Source of the DNA: an uncultured virus (IMG/VR IMGVR_UViG_3300005337_000018)
Taxonomy: Duplodnaviria; Heunggongvirae; Uroviricota; Caudoviricetes
Length of the DNA stretch: 64,000 nt
Reading direction: 5' to 3' (one strand)
Virus record (IMG/VR): IMGVR_UViG_3300005337_000018
Positions 56,801 through 64,000 of this stretch are shown here, in pieces (within the stretch, counting starts at the first letter, position 1; the number at the start of each line of letters is the position of its first letter). The notes below the pieces were generated by a model. It was not told the origin of the DNA. It saw only the letters and a list, made by a program, of their open reading frames with translations, and searched no databases. Position numbers and translations under genes: made by a program.

Positions 56801-59800
56801 CTGAGTGCCGCCCGAGTTGGTCCACAGGGACTGTCCCTGCTCGAGCTTCCCGACTGCATCGATCTTCTCGTTGACCGCCGACCACAGCGAACCCAATCCG
56901 GATCCGGAAGGAATGATCACCTCGCTGGACTTGATCGGAATGACACCGCTGGCACCCGGCAGGATGTCCGGCGTCGGCGTCCCGGCCGGGGTGTCGGCAC
57001 CGCCCTGCAGGATGGTGAAGTCACCTTCCGGCTTCTCGGACTTCATCCAGTCGACCAGTGTCTCGGAGATCGGGTCGCTGACGTCCAAGGCACCGTTCTC
57101 GACCTTGAAGTAGTTGCCGGTGCCGCCGGGCTGGACGTAACTCTTGACCGAACCGTCCAGCGTGACGATGGCGACGACCTTGTCATTCGCCTCGGTCTGG
57201 TACCCGTCGGCGACGATGCCCGCCTGGCCCATACCCTCGGGGGTGCCGTTCCAGAACTCGGTCTGCCAGTCGGCGTAGGGCCCGTTGTCCGGGTCGGTCA
57301 GGTAATCGGCGGTGAAACCGTTTGCAGTCCAGGTCCACTTGCCGGTGACCGGGTTGAACGAATGCTCGTGCCACAGCCCATCGGCGTGTGCCACGAACAC
57401 CATGGCCGGAGCGTCCGGGTCATCCGGGTCCGCGAGCTTCATGTACAGACTCGCGCCGGGCTCGCCCGTGTTGGTGTTCGGAACCCAGTCCGGTGAGACT
57501 GTCTTCTTGTCCCCGGCCACGACGAAGATGCCAGTGCCGGACTCCCCGGTCGTGCCGTCCCAGTGCTGGACCGTGTAGGTGTCCGGCATGACACCGTTCT
57601 TGATGTCCTGGTCCATCGCGGACAACTCGGCCAGCGTGCCGTTGAACAACACTCGCTGGTACGTGCCGTCGTCCTGCAGTTCGTAGAGTCGCGGTTCGCC
57701 GTAACCGAAATCGACGTGGACCAGCTTCTTACCCGCGGGGTCGTACTTGGTCGGCACCTCGAACGGAGGAACATCCGACACCGTGGTCACCGAAGGGCCT
57801 TGTACATCCGGCATCGTCAGAACGGCCAGGACGTCCTCGCCAACCAGCTCCGGCGTGACCTTCTGCATGTTGGGCAGGGTCTTCTGCTGATCGGTGCTGT
57901 TGTCCCAGAGCTTGGTGACCGGGTTCCACACCGCCACGGAGGTGCTCGGGCCCCACGCATAGAAATTGTCGTCGTCGTCGTTGAACCAGACGTCGACCAG
58001 GTTGGGACCAGCGTTGACCATCGACTTGAAAGTTGCGTCGTCACCGAGCTTCTGCAGTGTGATCTGGTCGGCGATGTACGCACCGGACTTCTTGGTGGGT
58101 GCTCCCGTGGAGTGGACCCCGGATCCCGTGGTCGAGTTGTTCGCCGTGTAGAGCGCGTTGACGTCGGCCTGGTCGACATTCGGCACCGGCTCGGCAGCAC
58201 CGGCCTTGGTGACGACCATCCCGTTGATCGCCGGGTAGTCCTTGAAATCGATCGTGTAGTCGTTGCCGTTGGTGTCGATCACCGGAATGACAGGGTTGTC
58301 ATCGGTGGTCGGTGGCCCCAGGAGCGTGTAGACGGTCCCGTCCACCGACTCGCCGTTGTCGGACGTCAGGGTGAACGAGTCGCCCTTGGACAACGACTTG
58401 ATCAAGTCCGGCGTGATCGGGTGGACGTTGCCGGGAGGACCGGACAGTGTGGACTGGTCATTCAGGTCGACGTCCGGGAGATCCTGGTCCGGTTCCGGCG
58501 TAACGGCCGGAGGTTCCGGAGCTTCCGGAAGTCCGGGCTGGTAGGACCACTGCTTGTTGCTGTCCTTGTACACAGCCGTAAAGGCCGTACCGCCGTCGAG
58601 AGAGATCGAGTAGTGGTTCGATCCATACCCCACGGACTCGACGGTCCAGACCTGCCCGTTCGCCGGATCGGTCAGCTTGTCGCCGACCTTGGGGCTCCAG
58701 TCGGCAATGGTCTTGGTGGTGTCGGCGTCGAGTGGCGCGATGACCGCGGGTTGCGGTGCGGCCTCCGGCAGCGTCTGGCCACCCTCGTCATCGATCTTGA
58801 CCGCGGTGGTCGACTTCCGCTTCTTGACCCCGGCGGAGTTGGTGATCCAGATGAACTGGCCGTCCGGCGAAACCATGACGATCTGCCCGGTGTGGCCGTC
58901 CTTGGCGGTCGCTGTCATTCCGACCGCGGGCACCACGCCGTTGGAGGACTTCGGCTTCTGGATGCCTTCCGGATTAGGAGCGGCTCCGGCGACCGACAAC
59001 GTGCCGACCGTCTTCAGGTACTCCTTGCCGTCCGCACCCTTGACCGCGGCGTAGGGCCCGGCTTTGTTCAGGAACTCGTACTCCTGGCCGTCCACCTTGG
59101 ACACGACCTTGACGCCCGGCGTTGCGGTGTTCCCGTCACCGAGCACCATGGTCTGCGCGGCCTCGACCACGCTGGTCGACTTCTTGGCCGGAGGGGTCTT
59201 GGGCTTGGCCAGTCCCGGAGGGTTACCGGATCCGTCCGGCAGCGGCGTGACCAGGTCGGCCTTGATCGCATCGCTGGCCGTCACCGCCATGCCGGTCGGC
59301 ACCGCGGGCTCGTTGGCCGCGTTGAGTAGTTCCTGCTCCCACTCCTCCAACTCGACCGGAGTGTCCGGAGTATTCGCCACCTGAGTGTCGTTCGGCGCGT
59401 TCACCGGGCTCTGGACACTCTCCGGAACGACCGGTGGGTTCCAGCGCTTCATGGTGTACGGACCGGCGTTGGCCCCATCTACCAGGAACGGGGAAGGCTT
59501 GTCCACGCCTTCGCTGACCTGCCGTCGGAGCAGTACGGCCCCGGTGGACTTGTTGGTGCCCAGCACGAAGTATGCGGTTCCGGTGGGATCCACCAACCGG
59601 TCCCCGCGCTCGTACCGGTAATCGGTGAGGTGACCAATCGGGATCTCGGCATCATGATCGATGCGGGTGTCGAACAGCGCACCCTTACGCACCCGGACCT
59701 TGTCATTCGCATGGCTGGTCAGCCATGAATAGAGCTGAGCCGACGAGTTGAACGTGTTCAGGATCTCGCCGGACTCGGCAACGCCGTAGACCTCCTCGAT

Positions 59801-62266
59801 CACATCACCGTTCGGCGAGGTGAACTGCACCCGGTCCCCCGGCTCGAGAACGGTGTACGCCTCGGGCATGGACAGCGAGTGCGACCACTTCCGGTCCTTA
59901 CCGCCACCAGAGGTGATGTCGGCCGGGTCCACCAACGGCGCAGTGGTCGGTTCCGGGGAGTCCATCGGCTTGATCGACTCGGGCAGCGGAAGTCCGTAGT
60001 AACTGGCGATGTACGAGCGCCGGGCCTTGAGCGTGTCGGCCAGCGACTTCGGCAGCCCGCGCTCGGCGACCATGTCATCGATCGCACCGGGCGAGATGGC
60101 AAGCACCCGCTGGGCACCGTCCAGCTCGGCGTCCTTGGACATGACGTCCTTGCCGTAGACCGCCGCGTTCTTGCCCTGCCGTAGCGATTCCAGCTCACCG
60201 ACCGCGTCCCCGAAATCGGCACCCTTCGGGCTGCCCTGGGCCCGGAACAACAGAGAGCCACCAGCATCGATCCGCAGCGGTGTCTCGGACCCATCGGACG
60301 TGGTCATGACGTTGTCGTAGTTCGCGCCGAACACATCCCAGTTGGCCAGCCAGGCGTCGACAACGAAGTCCTTCTGGAGCTTCTCGCGCCAGACCGGATC
60401 GCTCATCCGCGTCTGCATGTCCTGCACCGCGGGTTCCATCTCGGAGTAGGTCTTGCCGTCCAGCCCGGTCGACACGTTCGGCACTCGAACACCGGCCGCG
60501 GCGTACAGGTCGTTGGCCAGTTCCTCGTTCTGGCCGTGCTTCTTGGTCTTCGGCGTCTTGACGTAATACTTGGTGGTCTTCGGCTCGGCCGCCTGCTCGA
60601 TGACCGCGGGCAGAATGACAGAGGCGTCCGGAGCCTTGGCGATGTCGCGCCACTTCTTGGTGGCGGACTCGGTCTTGCCCGTCGCCGGATACCACTCGGT
60701 GACGGTCATGTTCTCGTTGGCCGCCATGTCGGCGATCTGTTTCGGGGTGTAGCCGTCACCGAGGAGGTTCCCCGCCTGGCTCCCGCTGGGCACGATCCGG
60801 AAATACTTGTTCTGGTTCGCGTTGTACGAGTAGAACCGGGCCTTGTTCCCCCAACCTAGCCGAATGACTTGGGGTGGACCGAAAGTCACATACTTCCAGC
60901 CGTCGTACTCGATGGGCAGCCCCTTGAGGCGGCCCTTCCCGGCATTCGGATCCATGCCGACGTACTCGCCCGGCCCATACTCGGCCTCGATGTCGGACCG
61001 CTTGTACAGGGGCTTCAGAGCCGGTGAATCGGGATCCGGCTGGACGTTGTCGTGGAACGTGTCCCCGGTGTCCGGGTCGATCCGCATCCACTCGCCGCTG
61101 TAGCCCTGCTGGACGAAGACCTTGTCGTCGTAGACCAGGAAGTTGTCGATCGGTTGCTTGGAGTAGGCGGGCGGGACCTTGGCCAGCGCTTCCGCCTTGT
61201 CCGGGTCCACCGGGGGCGGGTCGTAGTGCTTCGGTGCACTGGACGTGGTTTCCGGTGCGGCCGTTGAGATCTCGCCCTTGACCACAGTCCCGGGTTCCGT
61301 GATCTCATACGAAGCACCGGGATTCGACCCCAACTGCGGGCCGACCTGCTTGGCGTTCGGGCTCGAGGTGGAGAGGTTTGCCTTCTTCTCCGGCGAGGTG
61401 TAGATGTCCGACGGCTTCAGCTCGATGTCGGGTGCACCGGTCGGTACTCCGGACAGGTTCGACGGAGTGACATTGATGACCGGTCCACCGGGTCCCGGGT
61501 AGATCCCGGTGACCTTGCCGTAGTTCCACATCCCGTTGACTTTGGACAGGAACTTGATGACCGAGTTCTTGCGGATGAACTTGCCGTCCTTGCCGCGCGG
61601 GTGCAGCGCCGGGTCCCACACCCCGGCCGCGGCACTCATCGGCAGCGGATCGAAGAACCCGTCGGCCTCGGTGTCGTCGGCGATGTACTCGGCGTCATCG
61701 CTGGCGTGCCAGAGCGCCTCGAAGTCTTGGGCCCCGGCGAGATCGAATGTCATTCGCTTCTCGCCCAGCCAGAGCCCGATCGCCGCGATCTCGATGGAGT
61801 CCGGGACTTCTTCCTCCGGAGGTAGCCCGCCGCCGTAGTTCAGCGTCAGGTGCGGGACGAAGTTCGGGTACTGCTCACAGGACGCCATGGCCGCGGCCAC
61901 CGGAGGTGCGGTCATCAGCAGTTCCCGCAGCGCGACCAGCTCGGCCGACTCGACCAGCAGTACGTTCGCGCCGTCGTCGCCCAGCGTCGCGGTCCCGGCG
62001 ACCTTCACCGAGAACGGTGGAGTGACCATCGCGGCCGTGCCGACACACTGCATGATCGCCTGAGTCAGCTCCGGCCCCAGATCACCGGAGTCACCCAGCC
62101 AGTTCAGCGTGATGTGCGGGGAATCATCCACCAGATCAGTGGCCGGATCCGTCTCGGCCGGAAGGGCGACGGTCAGCGCGCCGGTGTATCCGTCCGACTC
62201 CTGTTCCTTCTCGACCTTGACGTAGGTGACCTCGACGTCGGACTCGGCCTCGTTCTCGTAGATCAC
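53819..62266 (-). CDS. Giant multidomain head-region protein (2H phosphoesterase + HPRG tag + HipA/PI3K-like kinase + SH3-like and other repeats)
   Basis: PHITL and PHLTL (two HxT motifs); LHPRGKDGKFI; GSNPG...YVK...NE.LA..LY...DAWLANWD....DN...IDAGG; GTGA overlap with the portal stop. Confidence 0.8.
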   Translation of the reverse strand: MIYENEAESDVEVTYVKVEKEQESDGYTGALTVALPAETDPATDLVDDSPHITLNWLGDSGDLGPELTQAIMQCVGTAAMVTPPFSVKVAGTATLGDDGANVLLVESAELVALRELLMTAPPVAAAMASCEQYPNFVPHLTLNYGGGLPPEEEVPDSIEIAAIGLWLGEKRMTFDLAGAQDFEALWHASDDAEYIADDTEADGFFDPLPMSAAAGVWDPALHPRGKDGKFIRKNSVIKFLSKVNGMWNYGKVTGIYPGPGGPVINVTPSNLSGVPTGAPDIELKPSDIYTSPEKKANLSTSSPNAKQVGPQLGSNPGASYEITEPGTVVKGEISTAAPETTSSAPKHYDPPPVDPDKAEALAKVPPAYSKQPIDNFLVYDDKVFVQQGYSGEWMRIDPDTGDTFHDNVQPDPDSPALKPLYKRSDIEAEYGPGEYVGMDPNAGKGRLKGLPIEYDGWKYVTFGPPQVIRLGWGNKARFYSYNANQNKYFRIVPSGSQAGNLLGDGYTPKQIADMAANENMTVTEWYPATGKTESATKKWRDIAKAPDASVILPAVIEQAAEPKTTKYYVKTPKTKKHGQNEELANDLYAAAGVRVPNVSTGLDGKTYSEMEPAVQDMQTRMSDPVWREKLQKDFVVDAWLANWDVFGANYDNVMTTSDGSETPLRIDAGGSLLFRAQGSPKGADFGDAVGELESLRQGKNAAVYGKDVMSKDAELDGAQRVLAISPGAIDDMVAERGLPKSLADTLKARRSYIASYYGLPLPESIKPMDSPEPTTAPLVDPADITSGGGKDRKWSHSLSMPEAYTVLEPGDRVQFTSPNGDVIEEVYGVAESGEILNTFNSSAQLYSWLTSHANDKVRVRKGALFDTRIDHDAEIPIGHLTDYRYERGDRLVDPTGTAYFVLGTNKSTGAVLLRRQVSEGVDKPSPFLVDGANAGPYTMKRWNPPVVPESVQSPVNAPNDTQVANTPDTPVELEEWEQELLNAANEPAVPTGMAVTASDAIKADLVTPLPDGSGNPPGLAKPKTPPAKKSTSVVEAAQTMVLGDGNTATPGVKVVSKVDGQEYEFLNKAGPYAAVKGADGKEYLKTVGTLSVAGAAPNPEGIQKPKSSNGVVPAVGMTATAKDGHTGQIVMVSPDGQFIWITNSAGVKKRKSTTAVKIDDEGGQTLPEAAPQPAVIAPLDADTTKTIADWSPKVGDKLTDPANGQVWTVESVGYGSNHYSISLDGGTAFTAVYKDSNKQWSYQPGLPEAPEPPAVTPEPDQDLPDVDLNDQSTLSGPPGNVHPITPDLIKSLSKGDSFTLTSDNGESVDGTVYTLLGPPTTDDNPVIPVIDTNGNDYTIDFKDYPAINGMVVTKAGAAEPVPNVDQADVNALYTANNSTTGSGVHSTGAPTKKSGAYIADQITLQKLGDDATFKSMVNAGPNLVDVWFNDDDDNFYAWGPSTSVAVWNPVTKLWDNSTDQQKTLPNMQKVTPELVGEDVLAVLTMPDVQGPSVTTVSDVPPFEVPTKYDPAGKKLVHVDFGYGEPRLYELQDDGTYQRVLFNGTLAELSAMDQDIKNGVMPDTYTVQHWDGTTGESGTGIFVVAGDKKTVSPDWVPNTNTGEPGASLYMKLADPDDPDAPAMVFVAHADGLWHEHSFNPVTGKWTWTANGFTADYLTDPDNGPYADWQTEFWNGTPEGMGQAGIVADGYQTEANDKVVAIVTLDGSVKSYVQPGGTGNYFKVENGALDVSDPISETLVDWMKSEKPEGDFTILQGGADTPAGTPTPDILPGASGVIPIKSSEVIIPSGSGLGSLWSAVNEKIDAVGKLEQGQSLWTNSGGTQLYILKADGNYHWVYPDGDWAVEPDTDPKSDPGNYWKLEFGAPSAVPSTNQASAPTPPFTLPSGYNPTGKKLIHAISTDNSVDVEMEVWDDGTFHVISSLDGTVYDTPVSPDAMDLLNGKDNVTWTLWANGVSVSGASLGDMLNAPSSPINPNGLGIVPSTTTTSAPAPTAPSFDIPDAYDPTGKKVLHYSNVNPTTGASTKMNFEVAADGSLHMISPISGEVDQFETDPIYLETSSETQWTLWNNGIETTTEDLPPLTTVSVFTTPVAPTPAPAAPATPAPNVPLVMPDKPGGEAINSWKATGGVLTKNGYIPKPGMTVTNASKSYKGKIISVSKDGKTATLDIDGKKSKRIIDRLVVTPGPDPTKPAYVAPPATLPVPSGMPFAADPPGEALTKTIKDGQWRPIVSGSGGTVGGEMVVTSVKTPSGKKVNRVLMNLTHAQVDKLRDKLSQAASTPPKLGDWAKSSKDSGDVAVGDIVSMRWSSHSSAWKVSTDGPATHKVSKVEPKGDGNITVTLENMDDNSIITSNFMAGHTGGLPVFTWDPNKPKIEPDATSTSSGVATYGNRKPLVLSDEAKAAGWAKLAKHDGVISKITGGVQDGVLDHEPGTPVGSSVIPWHDGVQPGLRKVTADGVVVEVMGIDFEKSSGGWGGGEKGIDSAIGLTAITLPEGTDETHLNAALADLGIPITPLTQDSAKTTAKGMLRNLLSLDMTDSDSTKGWTDKKLFDTAGTTLGIPDLTWDDILVGTDESTGKVSYFWSERVQKKIASKIQVKQVIRASGHNSGTPPSVMSALGFGAANGLLKRAGGMTGGHGSSPHADSLNNAGNGSFSSAINSVKLPGRNPLFPAGEAMVVYYHPMSVLSRIQDWRAGPEHVDAWGKGHGQGSSSLKAALNQSQVQDLYLGGGIPGEATGYISLPSQSGVDAAIQYLKSKGVTSFNGRALEDVILTHTKAKATNASTMTAYIPPNVVPITSIPLSYDTVTAAAEAEEVLVA

Positions 62267-63921
62267 TGCGCAGCCTCCTGTGGGGCACCACCGGTGGGAG
62301 ACAGGATGTTCCGCGCAGCGGACGGGAACGGCACCACGGAGTTGTCCAGCGCCTCGTCACGCTGCTGTCCCAGGATCGACGGCAGCGCGACATTGAGCAG
62401 CGCCGTGGTGACCTCGGGCGGGAGTTGGCCCTTGGTTTCCAGGAGCATCAGCGCCAACTCCTCCTCGCTCGGCGCGTCGGCATCGGAGAACCCGTGTGCG
62501 CGCCGCCAGGAGTCCGGCGAAATCAGGTAGCGGTCGAAGCCGTCGGAGGCATCCTGCGCCGCGTTCGGCCGGGTGACGATCTCGCTCGGGTCGTACCAGA
62601 TGACGACCCGGTTGATGTCCTTGTCCTCCCAGCCGTTCGCCTTCAACACCGGCCGCAGGTACACCGCGGTCAGCGAGTCGGACAGCACCAGGGCCAGTGG
62701 CTCGATGTTCGCCTTGTACAGATCCTCGGAGATCTGCACGGCGTTGGAATACTTCACGTTGGCCAGTCCGGTGACCACTTCCTTGGGCACATCAATGCCC
62801 TGCAGGATGCGCTCGAGCGCCCGCTCGGCCCGGTTGACCAGCCACTCGTCGGAGCTGCGCTCGAACGTCTTGTGGGTGATCTGACTACCCAACTCACCGG
62901 GCCCGGTGACGACCATCGGAACCACCGCGGCGGCCGATCCCTCGTCGGTGACCGGCGTCGTCATGGAGTCCATGAGCTGTTCCAGGAACTGGCCACCGGG
63001 ATCAGCCACGGCACCCGGGGCTTCCCCGGTCCACGGGTCATCCGGTTCGTCGGTGACCGGGTCCGGGGTGATCGTCGCGTTGGCCACCGAGATGCCGTCC
63101 GGCACGAACAGCAGACCGGCGTTCAGCCGGGACCGGGTGGCCGATCGCACGAGTCGCTGCAGCATGAGCAGTTCCTCGATCGGGTCCGCGACCGCGACCA
63201 TGGAGGAGTCGGGCTCCTTGGAATACCGCGGATGCTGCCGCCAGATCCGGGCGATGTAGGTGTCGACCGGAAGTTCCCGCGTCGTCTGGTTGGATCCACG
63301 CATGGACACCAGCGCGGGTCCGGTCGGCCGTACCTGGACCTCGTCGGTCGAGTAGATCCCCCACGTCTTGACGGTGGCTTTCGGGTCCAGCGGGTCCGGC
63401 TCCTCGAGTTGCATGAGGTAGCACTCGCCCGGGACCGACATGTTCAGCGAGTAGGACCGCACCATCGAAGCGAACGCATCGCCTACCAGTTCGGAGACGA
63501 CCCGCTGCACCTCGGCGACCTGACCCGGGGTCAGATGATCAACTGCCTCGTCGGACTCCGACGCCCGGGTGACCTCGATCGGTGCCTGGTCCGCACCCGC
63601 AACGACGGCCCCGTAGATCCGGATCCGGGACAGCACATTGGCGACCAGGTTGAACCCGTAGTGGATCTCCCCGACCCGCTCGTAGCCGGTCCACGCCTCG
63701 GACTGCCACGCGGTGAACGGACGGTTGAGCGCCGCAGTGGCGAGATTGACCCGCTCGGCCGACGCGGTGATCGTGCGCGTCTTGTTGTAAGCGGCCGGAG
63801 TTGCCCGTTGGAGCCCGGTCGGTACCTGGCGCGCCGCCGCTGTGATCGGCTTGGGCTTTCCGGAACGGTTGGATCGGGTCATCGGCCCAGCGGGCACGGG
63901 ATCACGCCGGAACAGCCCCAT
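62263..63921 (-). CDS. Portal protein
   Basis: WQSEAWTGYERVGEI, RIWRQHPR...PDS and SRLNAGLLFVP motifs typical of cluster-B-like actinophage portals; first gene of the head module. Confidence 0.88.
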   Translation of the reverse strand: MGLFRRDPVPAGPMTRSNRSGKPKPITAAARQVPTGLQRATPAAYNKTRTITASAERVNLATAALNRPFTAWQSEAWTGYERVGEIHYGFNLVANVLSRIRIYGAVVAGADQAPIEVTRASESDEAVDHLTPGQVAEVQRVVSELVGDAFASMVRSYSLNMSVPGECYLMQLEEPDPLDPKATVKTWGIYSTDEVQVRPTGPALVSMRGSNQTTRELPVDTYIARIWRQHPRYSKEPDSSMVAVADPIEELLMLQRLVRSATRSRLNAGLLFVPDGISVANATITPDPVTDEPDDPWTGEAPGAVADPGGQFLEQLMDSMTTPVTDEGSAAAVVPMVVTGPGELGSQITHKTFERSSDEWLVNRAERALERILQGIDVPKEVVTGLANVKYSNAVQISEDLYKANIEPLALVLSDSLTAVYLRPVLKANGWEDKDINRVVIWYDPSEIVTRPNAAQDASDGFDRYLISPDSWRRAHGFSDADAPSEEELALMLLETKGQLPPEVTTALLNVALPSILGQQRDEALDNSVVPFPSAARNILSPTGGAPQEAAQ

Positions 63922-64000
63922 GAGCGATCAGGGTAGCCGCTATCAGGACAGACGGAACAGCACGTCAGGTGTTATCGGGACCGGCTGTAGCGGGTCGGTG

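Noticed and set aside
850..63936. Many long plus-strand ORFs (e.g. 912-3332, 4262-6373, 12364-14322, 55484-57496, 62425-63936)
   Set aside because: Shadow ORFs antisense to clear minus-strand genes. They are Arg/His/Gly/Pro-rich, lack motifs and are expected at high GC.
1..64000. Integrase, immunity repressor cassette, lysin, terminase, tRNA, intron/intein or reverse transcriptase
   Set aside because: No supporting motifs were recognised. Terminase and lysis genes probably lie outside the window, so lifestyle cannot be determined from this segment.

Overview
High-GC (about 70% by eye) tailed siphovirus-type actinobacteriophage genome segment. Almost all genes are on the minus strand. Reading from the right end: portal; a 2815-aa multidomain head-region protein (2H phosphoesterase, HipA/PI3K-like kinase, SH3-like repeats); capsid maturation protease; zeta-toxin-like kinase; major capsid; tail module and tape measure; a displaced capsid-pentamer-like gene; an RHH regulator and an array of small-gene cassettes driven by near-identical promoters; a replication/recombination module (Cas4-like nuclease, AAA ATPase, SSB-like, PolA, RuvC-like, SNF2 helicase); prim-pol and DUF3987-type helicase; and an iteron-like putative origin at the left end. 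No terminase, lysin, integrase, tRNA or CRISPR array was recognised in the window. Three signals stand out. (1) The 8-mer GAATGACA occurs at least 46 times, about every 1-1.5 kb, on both strands and inside genes. (2) There is an apparent head-cargo system: three unrelated proteins carry the same HPRGxDGxFI tag, and small-residue putative protease sites recur across the head proteins. The zeta kinase seems to be made only by a +1 frameshift out of the protease gene. (3) Ten promoter-operator cassettes share one layout, several with a 5' hairpin. Functional calls come from motif recognition by eye, not from database searches.
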